In this document: positions 52,484 to 62,545 of the stretch, in pieces
How the letters are laid out: each line of letters begins with the position of its first letter
How positions within the stretch are numbered: position 1 is the stretch's first letter
Source: a virus
DNA: 64,000 nt
IMG/VR virus record: IMGVR_UViG_3300041955_000884
Coordinates: 43,198 to 107,197 of that record
Strand: one strand, 5' to 3'
Translations under genes and position numbers: made by a program
Notes under the pieces: model-generated
The model's database searches: none
Seen by the model: the letters and a program-made list of their open reading frames with translations, nothing else
Told to the model about the DNA's origin: nothing

Positions 52484-52726
52484 TCAGCCGAGAAGGCTGC
52501 GCGCCGCTGTAGTCGGTTGGTTCGCTCCGGTCAAGCCGCTGGGGCCGCCGACATTCGTAAGCGTCCCGCCCATGGCAGCGCCGGCGGCAGCGGCGGCCAT
52601 CGCACGCTGGTTGTTCCCGGCCATCGAGACAGCGGGGTTTGCCATCGTCGGAGGCGTCGCGGCTGGCGGCGCGGGCGGAATCGCAGGCGTTGCGGGAATG
52701 CTTGGACTGCTAAATAATGCCCCGAT
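52484..52726 (-). CDS. Small Pro/Ala-rich virion protein of the type found upstream of portal genes; ATC start
   Basis: AGGAGG-N6-ATC then GALFSSPSIPATPAIPPAPPAA...ARSLLG; absent from the ORF track. Confidence 0.65.
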   Translation of the reverse strand: MGALFSSPSIPATPAIPPAPPAATPPTMANPAVSMAGNNQRAMAAAAAGAAMGGTLTNVGGPSGLTGANQPTTAARSLLG

Positions 52727-52765
52727 GTCACACCTCCTGATACCGAGTATCGTTTTTAGAGACTA

Positions 52766-53431
52766 TCACAGAAGCAACTCCAGCCGTTTACCTTTTACGA
52801 TATTCTGCTTTGCAGGTAGCGGCCTCAGATTCGGAAGCCCCCAGCACGCTTTGAACTCGTCGCTCTCGGCGCTATCGAACGAGAAAGATGCTACCGGCCT
52901 GATATGGTCAACATGCCAGAATTTCCCGTAGTTGTGCCACGTCATTTTTCCAACGAACTGGCGCTCAAGGTGCCGGCGAAGATCGCCAATGTCGTAGCCG
53001 GTAAGCGTCTTCCATGCTCTACCGTTCTTCGTGCCGCACAGGAGCTGGTTGATGTAGCCAGAGATCGCACGGTTCAGGCGAAACATCGGGTCTTGCCGAC
53101 GCCGCTCACGCTGGTATTGGTTGCGTGCTACCTTGCGCTCCGGCCGTTCACGGTATTCCTTGCACTGCACAAGGATTTCAGGCTTCTTCGCTTCGTAGCG
53201 CGCTTTAGATGCCGCTATCCGGCTTTCGCGATGGTCGGCGTAGTACTGCTTTGCAGCGGCGATCTGCTTGCCCTTCGTGCGCTGGTACCGGCACTTCCGG
53301 CAGACGCCGCGCAGCAGCCCGGTTGGGCGTTTCTCGAAGAAACGGACTGTACAGGGCTTAACCTGGCCGCAAGCTGAGCTCGCCTTCGTGGTGCCTGGAT
53401 GGATATCTCTGGGGAGGAAAGGCCGAGACAG
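52766..53431 (-). CDS. HNH-like endonuclease; probable CTG start
   Basis: HLERQF...MTWHNYG...WHVDHIRPVASF...NLRPL; frame is open back to AGGAGG-N5-CTG at 53431. Confidence 0.75.
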   Translation of the reverse strand: MSRPFLPRDIHPGTTKASSACGQVKPCTVRFFEKRPTGLLRGVCRKCRYQRTKGKQIAAAKQYYADHRESRIAASKARYEAKKPEILVQCKEYRERPERKVARNQYQRERRRQDPMFRLNRAISGYINQLLCGTKNGRAWKTLTGYDIGDLRRHLERQFVGKMTWHNYGKFWHVDHIRPVASFSFDSAESDEFKACWGLPNLRPLPAKQNIVKGKRLELLL

Positions 53432-54399
53432 CTTAGCCTCCTATCCCGAAAATGAAGCAGAGTACAGCGAAGCCGACGACGATGAGAACAGCGCGCCCAT
53501 CAGACGGTACTCCACGGAGTTGGCCGCGCCCATGGCCGAGCGACGACCGAATCGCCGGTGACGCCGTGCGCGCGGTAGCCGAGGCGCCACACCCACGGGC
53601 CGGTTGAAAGACCGAGCGCGATGCCCAGGAGACAGCAGAGCAGATCCACGAGCACGGTCAGTCTCCGAGGCCGAAGATCAGGCAGAGGACGGCAAAGGCA
53701 ACGACGGTGATGGCAGCGTAGACCGGCGCCTCGGCGGCGTAGTCCCGCCAGTGACATGCCAATCCTCGCTCCTCGCGCGCAAGAATGGCCGCGATGAACG
53801 CGCGCAGGTCGTGGAGCAGAACAGCCTCGGGTTTGGCTCCGTCTCGTACCAGAACGTCACCTTCGTCAGCTTTCCCCCGCATACGCAGAACTCCTGCAGC
53901 GGCGCCTCGGCAGGCTGGCGCCGGCTCTCCTCATACCACGCCTTGCACGCCGCCGAACAGAACCATTCTGCGCCGTCACCGTGGATGGGCAGCAGGGCAC
54001 GCGCGTAGCTCGCGACGCCGCAGTGGCAGTACGTATTCACGTCGTGGAGGGGTCCACCGGGGCCGGCGGGCGGGCATTGTCGAGCAGCCATCGCGCAAGT
54101 TCACGCGCCTTATCGAAGGGTACGTGCACCAGGCGGGCACCCGCCGAAATGACGAGTGGCCCGGTGCCAGCGCTGTAGATGCGGGCGCTGATGGCGCCCC
54201 CCTTCTCATCAACGTGGGTCCAGTCCGGGACCATCATGCGCCTTCGCCGCATTCGTGGTGGAAGGGCACCAAGGCCCCCGCAAAGCTGACGACGCCGCAA
54301 TGGCTGTGGGTGTTCACGGCCAGAGATAGGCGCAAAGGAACAGGCAGAAGCCGACGCCGCTAGCAACCATCACCCAGAACCAAATGTCGTCCATCGCCG

Positions 54400-54705
54400 T
54401 CAGTCGTCGCCCTGCGGCTCAGGCTCTACATCGCAGGGGGCCTCGGGCGGCAATGGGATGCCAGAGCGCGGCTCGATGCGCTGGGGCCGCATGGCGCCAG
54501 CAGCGGCAGGCATGATGGTGGCCAGACGCTTGGCGCCGGGCGGCACGATGGCCGTTCGCATCGGCGCGCGGACGACTGGAACTGGCTCAATGACGCCGTA
54601 GTTTACCACCATCGGCGGGTGCGCGAGCACCAGCTCGATGGCCAACAGCCGCCTGTCGATGCTCGTCAGCAGGGAGATAACCTGCTGCGCTTCGTCGGAG
54701 TTCAT
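54400..54705 (-). CDS. Hypothetical protein
   Basis: ATGA coupling. Confidence 0.45.
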   Translation of the reverse strand: MNSDEAQQVISLLTSIDRRLLAIELVLAHPPMVVNYGVIEPVPVVRAPMRTAIVPPGAKRLATIMPAAAGAMRPQRIEPRSGIPLPPEAPCDVEPEPQGDD

Positions 54706-55316
54706 CGCAGCCTCGTGATGTCAATGAGCGGGTGGCCAGCGGACGCCACGCGGCGAAGTTCCGCGATGGCGTTCTTCGTCTGCTCACACGCGGACCGCGC
54801 ACTGGCCGCTTCCAGCGCGTTGAGCCGGTCGTCGAAGCGCGGATGCTGCGCCTGCTGGCACGCCTCAAGCTCGGCGATGCGCCGCTCCAGACCCCGCGCG
54901 TAGGCCAGAAGTTCGGCGATGGCCACGACGGCATCGAGCAGATGCGCTCGGCCTGGCGTGCCGTCAGCGACGACCCGGGCGATGCGCTTCGACGTGGAGC
55001 CAACAGGCTCGGCGCTCATGGCTGCACAATGCGCTCTAGTCTTGCCATCCGCTCCTCCAGCGCCCGCACCGCAAGCAGCAGCTCCGCGATGGCCGAGAGG
55101 CGGTCGAAGCGGTCCGGGAACCTGTCCGTGGTGCCCCCGCTCGACCATGCCACCGCAGCCTCGGCGTTCGGGCAGGGGAACTCGGCGACCGTCACGGCCA
55201 TCCCTCCCAGTCGTCGTCAATGGCGTCGGAGCCGATGAACGACAGACCGCCGAAGAGACAGCCGAGCGCGACGGCGCCGACAGCGCCGACGAGCACGAAT
55301 TGGAGCCAGATCGGCA

Positions 55317-55586
55317 TCAGATCAGCGACTCGATTTCGTCCATCGCCTCGCGGGCACGCGTAAGGCCGGTATTGGTATGCTGGAATGCCGACTCGAGCGT
55401 GTCCGGCGCTGGACCAATCTTCCTGTCTTCGACGGCGCGCGGCGGCGTCTGGCGCAGGCGGTCGAGCAGAGCATCCAATCTCGCGGCCAAGCGGTGAGCA
55501 TCCGACGCGATTTCACGAGCAACGAACTGTAGGCGCGGTTCCTGCGAGTCGCTCTTCGCGGCGCCGGCTTGTCCTTCGTAGGCCAT
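55317..55586 (-). CDS. Hypothetical protein
   Basis: AAGGAG SD. Confidence 0.55.
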   Translation of the reverse strand: MAYEGQAGAAKSDSQEPRLQFVAREIASDAHRLAARLDALLDRLRQTPPRAVEDRKIGPAPDTLESAFQHTNTGLTRAREAMDEIESLI

Positions 55587-55605
55587 TCTCGTTCTCCTTG
55601 CTGGG

Positions 55606-56004
55606 TTAGGTCTGGCCGCCGGGCGGAGCGGCGATGAACTCGGACGTGGTCACCAGGAACAGGTCAGCCGGCGCGCCCTCGACCCTGATGCGGATGACAC
55701 GCCATTCGCGGTGCTCGGGGTCGCGTTTCGTGCTGCCAACCGCTTCGACGGGGGTGAACATCGTGTCCTCGGCGACGCCGCAGGTGTTGTTCTGGGCCTG
55801 CATGTAGGCGTTGATCTCGGCCCTGTCGCCGGCCGCCGCGAGGTCGCGGAGATGCCCAGCGTCCGCTTGGGCAGCGCATGCCACGACGGTGCCGTGGTAG
55901 CTCTTGCCAGCCTCCAGCGGTGTACCGGCGGCGTGGGCGACGGCAAGCGCCAGGGCGAAGATGAGCGCGGCGATACCCGCGACGAGCAACAGCGGCTGGC
56001 GCAC
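55606..56004 (-). CDS. Secreted/periplasmic hypothetical protein
   Basis: Signal peptide (LLLVAGIAALIFALALAVAHA). Confidence 0.55.
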   Translation of the reverse strand: MRQPLLLVAGIAALIFALALAVAHAAGTPLEAGKSYHGTVVACAAQADAGHLRDLAAAGDRAEINAYMQAQNNTCGVAEDTMFTPVEAVGSTKRDPEHREWRVIRIRVEGAPADLFLVTTSEFIAAPPGGQT

Positions 56005-56005
56005 G

Positions 56006-56563
56006 TCAGGCCACCATACGCTGAGCGAGCTCAGCGCCCTTCTGGGTGAGGTTGATGAAGACGCTGCGGCCATCATGGGGGTCGGGCGTGCGCTGAGCGA
56101 ACGCGTCGGCAACGAGCCGGTCCACGCCGCGCACGACGCTTGACGCCGGCACGCCAAGGAAGCCAGCCAAGCCGCGAATCGTCCGCGGCGGCGTGCCGTG
56201 CCCGCAATGCACGGCGATGAGCAGCCGCCCGAAGCGGTGCGCAGTCTCATCAAGGCCGATGCTGGCCAGATAGTCGAGAACGTCCGGGTACGCGGCCACA
56301 GGCGGCTCCTCGTGTTTCTGTGGAGGCAGCGGCCAGCGCGTTCCCCGATCAGCCGCGCTGTGTTGCACAACCAGCGCCGACCGCCGCTCCAATTCGCCGC
56401 ATACGGCAATGCTGGGCGAGTCGCAAGCGGATTGTTGCGCGGTGTCAGCGCCCAAGGAATGGCGACGGGCGTCCTGGAAACCATCCTTGCTGCCCTTGGC
56501 CGCCGACCTTGAGACCGCCGGCGACGGCCCTCGCCGCCGCGAACGGATCGTATTCGCTTTCAA
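56006..56563 (-). CDS. MarR-like winged-HTH protein (true start uncertain, probably downstream)
   Basis: TIRGLAGFLGVPASSVVRGVDRL...DPHDGRSVFINLTQKG. Confidence 0.7.
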   Translation of the reverse strand: MKANTIRSRRRGPSPAVSRSAAKGSKDGFQDARRHSLGADTAQQSACDSPSIAVCGELERRSALVVQHSAADRGTRWPLPPQKHEEPPVAAYPDVLDYLASIGLDETAHRFGRLLIAVHCGHGTPPRTIRGLAGFLGVPASSVVRGVDRLVADAFAQRTPDPHDGRSVFINLTQKGAELAQRMVA

Positions 56564-57962
56564 GCGTGCCGCGCTTGACCCCGAACGAGGCCAGGGCGGC
56601 GTCCGGCCGGCGCGCGACGGGCTGAGCGAACGTCAGCATTAGCGCGTCGAAGTGGTCCGGCGAGTAGCCCAGCCGCTGCTTCAGCAGCTTCTTCGGCTCA
56701 ATGAGGAACTTGTCACCCTTGAAGCTGTAGGTCGTCTGCGACATGGCCGCCAGCAGCTCCGGCACATCGGGGATACGGCCGCCGCGCTTGACCCACTGCA
56801 CACACTCGAAGGCCATCTCGGCGCGCTTGTTCTCGTAGCGCTGGTCCGCGGCTGCCTCGGCGAAGCCGACGCCGATGGGCGTGTGGCCGAGGCGGATGAG
56901 ATTGTCTATCCACGACGCGCCGTAACCGCCTGTATTGTCCACGAAAACGCCGTCAACGTCCCAGTCAACCCACTTGCGTGCGACCAGTCCGGCGCCCTGG
57001 GTGCCGTCGATGTTGCGGTGCTGCGTCGGGTCGAACGCGACAAGCCCTTGGCGCGGGAAGATGACCGACGAATCGTCGCCCTCGCGCGCCACGTCCACAC
57101 CGAGGACGCGGGCGGCATGGGCGTAGTCGCCTTCGCGGTAGATGCGCGTTGTGGCGTCCCGCAGCTCGTCAATGCCGATGAGCGCGTTCAGCGATGCCGG
57201 CGGGAAGCGGCCGAATACGTTGACCAGCACCCACGGGTTGTCCTTGCCCCACGTGCGGATCTGCTGCCGCGCCCAGTCAATGGACACGCGCGGCGAACGC
57301 TTCGGGTCGTCTGGGTCGCCGTTGACCTCAGACACGTACCAGTCCGCCCGGTCGGTGGTGCAAGCCCGCCACAGCGGCCCATCAAGCCGGGTCGGGTTGC
57401 CGGCCTGGACGATGTGCGCCTCGATGCCGCTGGCGAGTGCCGCCTCCGCAGAGGCCATCACCGCATCGGGTATGTCCCCGCTCTCGTCGAGCAGGAACAG
57501 GATGTAATCGGCGTGCAACCCGGCCAAGGTGGCGCTTTGCTGCGTTCGGTCCGCCGTCTTCGACCAGCTACGGGCGGCCATCCACCACGTCTCAGGATGG
57601 TCGCGGGCCTCGATTCGCGTCTTTTTCCACTCGAACGCGCGCAGCAGGAGTGGCGACTTTCCCTGCCACAATGACATTTCCGTCCACAGGTTGTCCGCAA
57701 GGTTGTCCGCCGAGACCGAGGTAGCAGCGATCTTCGGGTAGGGGCGCGTCAGCAGGAAGTTCCAGCCGAGCCACGCCAGCACCGTGGTCTTGCCGGGCCC
57801 CTTCGATGCCCGCATTGCGATGCGCTGGTGCCGCGGGAATGCCTCCAGCACGTCGTCCTGCCACGTGTCTGGCGTGGCGCCGAACACCTCGCGCACGAAC
57901 TGGCTGGGGTGCTCGCGCCAGCGCGCCAGGGCTTCTACGGCGGCGGTGTCAATGGCCATCAC
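56445..57962 (-). CDS. terL: Terminase large subunit
   Basis: Walker A ASKGPGKT, Walker B LLDES, GNPT, nuclease LGVDVAREGDD, SPDHFDAL. Confidence 0.95.
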   Translation of the reverse strand: MMAIDTAAVEALARWREHPSQFVREVFGATPDTWQDDVLEAFPRHQRIAMRASKGPGKTTVLAWLGWNFLLTRPYPKIAATSVSADNLADNLWTEMSLWQGKSPLLLRAFEWKKTRIEARDHPETWWMAARSWSKTADRTQQSATLAGLHADYILFLLDESGDIPDAVMASAEAALASGIEAHIVQAGNPTRLDGPLWRACTTDRADWYVSEVNGDPDDPKRSPRVSIDWARQQIRTWGKDNPWVLVNVFGRFPPASLNALIGIDELRDATTRIYREGDYAHAARVLGVDVAREGDDSSVIFPRQGLVAFDPTQHRNIDGTQGAGLVARKWVDWDVDGVFVDNTGGYGASWIDNLIRLGHTPIGVGFAEAAADQRYENKRAEMAFECVQWVKRGGRIPDVPELLAAMSQTTYSFKGDKFLIEPKKLLKQRLGYSPDHFDALMLTFAQPVARRPDAALASFGVKRGTLESEYDPFAAARAVAGGLKVGGQGQQGWFPGRPSPFLGR

Positions 57963-58006
57963 CCGCCACTAAGCCGCAGAATCAGCGGCTTGTCCAGCCC
58001 GAGCGT
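57962..58006 (-). repeat. Dispersed ~45-bp promoter/operator-like repeat, copy 1 (upstream of terL)
   Basis: cccgccactaagccgcagaatcagcggcttgtccagcccgagcgt. Confidence 0.75.
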
Positions 58007-58233
58007 CGGCGGCGAACAAATCGCTTGCGCCGACTCGCGGTGGTGCAGGAAGTGTGGGGCGTTGCCGGGGCAGGCTGGGAAGCCTGCCCCGGCGGTGAAC
58101 GCTCAGTGAACGCTGGCGCGCACCAGAGGACCTTGCGGGCCGTCCCCGTGGCTTATATGCCACAGGCGGAACCGTGAGCATCCCGAGGAGTCAATCAGGA
58201 AGTCTACGAAGCGGCTACGCGGCAAGCAGCGGC

Positions 58234-58641
58234 CTAAGACTCCGGTATAGCCGCCCGAGTTGTCGGGCTGGCTGGCGCCGGGTCCGCCATCGCAGCCGCC
58301 TTCGGAGCCTCAGCCAGCACGCGCGGGGCTTCTGGGGCAGCGGGAGGCCGCCCCCGCAGCCATTCGCACGCCAACTTGTAGGTCTCCCTCGCGTGCTGGC
58401 TCATCGCGCCGACGCGCCCGGCGGCGAGGTCGTCCAGCCATTGCGCGGACGGCAGCCTCGCCAGCAACTCCGCCGGCACGCACGGGGCCGGGCGAAGGCG
58501 GCCGGCGATGAGGGCGGCGGCGGCTTGATCCTCGGCGTCGAGTGCGGCCCGGATGCGGCCAGCGTCGGCGTCGTGCATACGGCCACCCTCGTGCAGAACG
58601 AGCAGCGCCTTGGCGACGGCGATGGAGAGCGGGGATGTCAT
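58234..58641 (-). CDS. Hypothetical protein
   Basis: AGGAG SD. Confidence 0.5.
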   Translation of the reverse strand: MTSPLSIAVAKALLVLHEGGRMHDADAGRIRAALDAEDQAAAALIAGRLRPAPCVPAELLARLPSAQWLDDLAAGRVGAMSQHARETYKLACEWLRGRPPAAPEAPRVLAEAPKAAAMADPAPASPTTRAAIPES

Positions 58642-59474
58642 GGGGTTACTCCTAAGACGGTTGGAAATTCATGCCATTCGCGGCGATGGGCAGTCCTCGC
58701 AAACATCAAGCATCGCAAATCCGGCGGCTCGCGCACCCGCACCGCTCCGACGGCGTCGAATACCAGCCGATCTTGTCACACCACCAGCAATGATCGCACA
58801 ATTCATCGCCCGGCACCACGTCGTCGCACTCGGAGCACCATACGGAATCTTGTTCGATACCATGCTCTTCGAGCCAGTCCAACAGATCAACCGCACCATC
58901 GAGTGACCACGGAATCGCGCGCAATCGGCGCGTCTTGTTCAGCCGCCGGATGAGCCGCGTGCGTTTGCCGCGCCATGGCGGCTTGTCCTTGGGATCGACC
59001 AAGCGGCAGGGATGCTCCTTTATGCGGACATCACCGCAGGCATAGTAGATGCCCTCGACCGGGACCGGACTGTTGCCGCCGCCGCTTCCGCTCTTATCGA
59101 AGAGGTAACCATACTTCCGGCTCAGATCGACATCGTAGATGTCGCGCTGGATGCCCGGCTTGCCGCCGAACAGCGTGCATGGCGTGATAACTGTCAGGCT
59201 GAACAATTCCAGCCGACGGCCAGGCATCTTGTGGAACAGGGCGACGATAGCGCGCGCGTTCACGCCCCGGCCTCCCGGGCGCCCATGCCCCGCCTCACCA
59301 TCAAGCGTCACTTTCTCGGCGTGCACGTCCACCGCCAGTTCGAGTAGGCCATTCCATAGCCAAGGAGGGCAAACGCGACGTCTGGCGAGTGATGAGAGAG
59401 GACAATGAACGCCGCCGCAGTGGCAGCTCCTATCACCGTCCCGCACAGCTCTCGCTTGACGTCGCTCATTCCGC

Positions 59475-59681
59475 TCATTTCGCTCCCCCTTCATGAATCG
59501 GCGGAGGGTCGAGCCGCGCGGCTATCGCACGGCGCTGCAGCCACTCCTCGATGTCCAGCGGCATCTCCGCGCCAGCGAACCAGCGCCGCACCGTCCGGTC
59601 GTCGGCGCAGAGCTGCCGCGCCAGGCCGCGCTGCGTCCAGCCCAGGGATGTGAGACAGTCGCGGCGCTGGGCGGCGGTCAT
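59475..59681 (-). CDS. Small HTH DNA-binding protein
   Basis: LGWTQRGLARQLCADDRTVRRW. Confidence 0.7.
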   Translation of the reverse strand: MTAAQRRDCLTSLGWTQRGLARQLCADDRTVRRWFAGAEMPLDIEEWLQRRAIAARLDPPPIHEGGAK

Positions 59682-59718
59682 CGCAACGCCATTTGTTCGG
59701 CGCGATGCTTAAGCAGCC

Positions 59719-60135
59719 CTATGGTCGGCCAGCGGCGCAGACCAGGACCGTCTGGCCAGCCAGCGGAGCCGGGCCTATCGGACGCCATGCCAGCACCGGC
59801 CGTGCGGCAGCGACAGCGGCCTCGGCGGCAAGCACCAGCCGCGCATCGTACAGCGCCCTTTGCAGGCTTTCCGTCGGGCCGCCGACAGCGTGGATTGTCG
59901 CGCGGCCGCCTAGCTGGGCGTCAATTGCGTCGGCCACACCCTCGGTGATTGCATCCATGCCCGTTGCTTCTTTCCGCTCACGTTCCTCGGCCGCCGCGAT
60001 CAGCTCGAACCAGCACACGCTGCGGCGGCCGAGGAGCGGCACCTCGACGGCTGGATATTCCTGCGCCGCCCATACCCGCAGGATGTTCGACCGCGTCGTG
60101 GTGCACCAAAGCGGCAGGTCTGTGGTGTCAAGCAT
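59719..60135 (-). CDS. Hypothetical protein
   Basis: ATG immediately after repeat copy 2. Confidence 0.45.
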   Translation of the reverse strand: MLDTTDLPLWCTTTRSNILRVWAAQEYPAVEVPLLGRRSVCWFELIAAAEERERKEATGMDAITEGVADAIDAQLGGRATIHAVGGPTESLQRALYDARLVLAAEAAVAAARPVLAWRPIGPAPLAGQTVLVCAAGRP

Positions 60136-60136
60136 G

Positions 60137-60181
60137 CCCGCCACTAAGCCCCACAATCAGCGGCTTGTCCAGCCCGAGCGT
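60137..60181 (-). repeat. Dispersed repeat, copy 2
   Basis: cccgccactaagccccacaatcagcggcttgtccagcccgagcgt. Confidence 0.75.
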
Positions 60182-60192
60182 GGGCGCGGCGG

Positions 60193-60459
60193 TCATGGCT
60201 TGAGGGCCGCGTCGACCATGGCCTGCCAGCAGCCGGTGGCCTGGTCGTTGCCGACGCCACGGCCGTTTTTGTTGATTGACCAGTCGCGTGCGCCGTCAAG
60301 CATCGCCTCGGTCGGCTCACGCAGTTCAGCGAGGGCGGCCCGCGCGGCGTCATAGCAGCAGCAATCCGCTGGTAACGAATATCCGCGGTTGGTGCTGCAC
60401 CATTCGCACAAATGCTTGCCCCGAATCGCCCGCGCCACTCGCTCGATGATCTCGTTCAT
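60193..60459 (-). CDS. Hypothetical protein
   Basis: IERVARAI...ELREPTEAML...WQAMVDAAL; GGAGG SD. Confidence 0.6.
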   Translation of the reverse strand: MNEIIERVARAIRGKHLCEWCSTNRGYSLPADCCCYDAARAALAELREPTEAMLDGARDWSINKNGRGVGNDQATGCWQAMVDAALKP

Positions 60460-60477
60460 TCCGGTCAACCTCCAACT

Positions 60478-60512
60478 CCCGCACTAAGCCGCGAATCGAC
60501 GGCTTGTCCAGC
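60478..60512 (-). repeat. Dispersed repeat, copy 3 (diverged)
   Basis: cccgcactaagccgcgaatcgacggcttgtccagc. Confidence 0.65.
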
Positions 60513-60700
60513 GCTGCCCGAGCTCCGATCTCGACCAAGCGAATCTGCCGGAAGTCAAGTGAATTGCGGGCTGTACAGAATGCTCGCCACGTCCTCAAAC
60601 GATCGTTTTGTCATACTTGGTGAGATTGGACAGCGCCCCGCGCATAGCTTCGCAACTTTCTCTAATCCCGCCGACGAGCGCGCGAAAGAAAATTGCGCGC

Positions 60701-61231
60701 TTAGCCGCCTGGCTTCCGCACAATCGCCGCAGTGACCAAGTCGCCAAGGCTCACGGTGGCGTTCACGTCCTGCTGGATGCGCTCGCCGTACACCTTGGGC
60801 TTGAGCTTGGCCGCGACCCACTTCCGCGCGTCGACCCGGTTCTTGACGGCATTGTAGTTCTCGGGCGTCGAGGTGTCCGCTAACTCAATGATTTCGCCAG
60901 CCAATTTGTCCGCACTGGCCTCACGCGCACGAACGTACCTATCGCGAAATGCGTCGCCATTTGCGTCGCGTTTTGCAAGCCACCGCATCACTGTCGCGTA
61001 GTCAGGAAGGCCGTCGCTGTCGCAGATTGTGACAAGGCTCTCGCCAAGGCCGAGGCGAAAGCAGATTTCTGTGACGACCTCCTCGCAGTAGATACTCGGG
61101 CGCCCCACGCAGCGCTTCGGGGTTGGCGCAGGAAGCGCGCGCACTTCCGTGAACTCTTTTGGCGTGGCAAAGCCGTCAAGTATCTCCTTGACTTTCCTCG
61201 CATCTCTCGGCGTCGGGCGTCGCTTTGCCAT
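60701..61231 (-). CDS. terS: Terminase small subunit (Sf6 gp1-like)
   Basis: GRPSIY...ICFRLGLGESL...PDYATVMRWL...RVDARKWVAAKLKPKVYG. Confidence 0.88.
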   Translation of the reverse strand: MAKRRPTPRDARKVKEILDGFATPKEFTEVRALPAPTPKRCVGRPSIYCEEVVTEICFRLGLGESLVTICDSDGLPDYATVMRWLAKRDANGDAFRDRYVRAREASADKLAGEIIELADTSTPENYNAVKNRVDARKWVAAKLKPKVYGERIQQDVNATVSLGDLVTAAIVRKPGG

Positions 61232-61285
61232 GGCACTGAGAGTAAGGAAGAACGTCGAGTCGCGCAAGGCCGAAGAAGATTGAGC

Positions 61286-61315
61286 TTGACAACCGCTCCG
61301 CTCGCGGCTTAATAT
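61286..61315 (+). promoter_or_regulatory. Sigma70-like promoter of the rightward gene cluster
   Basis: TTGACA-N18-TAATAT in the divergent gap next to terS. Confidence 0.55.
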
Positions 61316-61380
61316 AACTGTCGCGCGGGTAATCCGCGCCGCTGCGTCCTCGGGCGATATCAGGGGCCAGGAGATTGAAC

Positions 61381-61596
61381 ATGCCGGAGTTGTTCACGAC
61401 CATTGTCCGCCACGAATGGCCGGATCGGATGGTCTCCGTCTATCGAGGGCGCGTGCACCACGGGCTGGTGCTGCCGGTGTTATCCGGGGGTGGCTTCGAC
61501 GCCCTGCCATCGGCACCGCTGTGGCCTCGAGTGCCGAACCGGCGCTTCCCGAGCGAATCGACGGCAATCGCTTATCTGGCGGAGGCGACATCATGA
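61381..61596 (+). CDS. Hypothetical protein
   Basis: AGGAG SD. Confidence 0.5.
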   Translation: MPELFTTIVRHEWPDRMVSVYRGRVHHGLVLPVLSGGGFDALPSAPLWPRVPNRRFPSESTAIAYLAEATS

Positions 61597-61892
61597 GTGC
61601 CCCGCAAATGCTCGGGAACGGCGAGTCCGTGGGCAATCATCCGAGCCGCCTTAGTCCTCAGCAGAAGGAAATGCTTTTGTCGCTGCCGCGCCTCGGCAGG
61701 GAATGGTTGTGCGTTGACCTATGGTCTTCGACAAGCATCGACCGGCTGAAAAGGCTGCGCAACAAGGGACTCGTCGACATCTGGATTGAACATATCGCAT
61801 TCGACGGCATGCACGCTCGGTTGACCGTGGACGGCGATCGGCTGGTGCGCGAAATAGCGCAAGCATGCGAGACCGCGCCAGGGGAGGGCTGA
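61593..61892 (+). CDS. Hypothetical wHTH-like protein
   Basis: RLSPQQKEMLL...LKRLRNKGLV...RLTVDG. Confidence 0.5.
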   Translation: MSAPQMLGNGESVGNHPSRLSPQQKEMLLSLPRLGREWLCVDLWSSTSIDRLKRLRNKGLVDIWIEHIAFDGMHARLTVDGDRLVREIAQACETAPGEG

Positions 61893-61895
61893 GCC

Positions 61896-62207
61896 ATGGC
61901 AACCCTTCAGACCCCCTGGGGCGCGGCTGAGACCGTCGAGGAAGTCGCGCCGGGCATTATCTTCGTGAGCACATGCTCGCACGGCGGCTATCACTTGACG
62001 CGGGAGCTGAACGAGCGCGTCCCGCCGGCTTGGCGGCTGGCCTCGTTCAATCACCGCGCCTTGCAGGGCTGGTACGAGGAGGACGTTGACGCCTGCATGG
62101 TGCCGCTCGCATTCCCCGAGCATTTTCCAGCCCCAGCGCTGCCGAGGGCACAGGCGTGCTTCGACCGCTGCATTGCGCCCAAGCTGGCGAAGGCGAGGGC
62201 GGTGTAA
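61896..62207 (+). CDS. Hypothetical phage protein (DUF7007-like)
   Basis: TPWG...GIIFVSTCSHGG...WYEED. Confidence 0.65.
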   Translation: MATLQTPWGAAETVEEVAPGIIFVSTCSHGGYHLTRELNERVPPAWRLASFNHRALQGWYEEDVDACMVPLAFPEHFPAPALPRAQACFDRCIAPKLAKARAV

Positions 62208-62545
62208 TGGCCCACGACCAACAGGTGGCTCAGACCATCCTCCAGCAGCTCGGCGGCCGGCGATTCATCGCCATGACCGGGGCCAGCAGCTTCAGCAGCG
62301 GACCGGATTCGCTCGGCTTTCGCGTGCCAACCCGGCTGGCGGGCGGGATCGGCGGCATCGTCATCACGCTCACGCAGATGGACGATTACCGCATCGAGAG
62401 CGTGCGGATGCGCGGCTCAATCGCCAAGGGCGACCTGCGGGCCGAGCGCAAGGTCGAGGCTGAGGGCGTCTACTGCGACAACCTGCAGGAGGCGTTCACC
62501 CGCATCACAGGGTTGGCTACCAGCTTGGGGAGCATGGGACGATGA
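62207..62545 (+). CDS. Hypothetical phage protein
   Basis: AQTILQQLGGRRFIAMTGA...VYCDNLQEAFTRITGLATSL. Confidence 0.7.
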   Translation: MAHDQQVAQTILQQLGGRRFIAMTGASSFSSGPDSLGFRVPTRLAGGIGGIVITLTQMDDYRIESVRMRGSIAKGDLRAERKVEAEGVYCDNLQEAFTRITGLATSLGSMGR

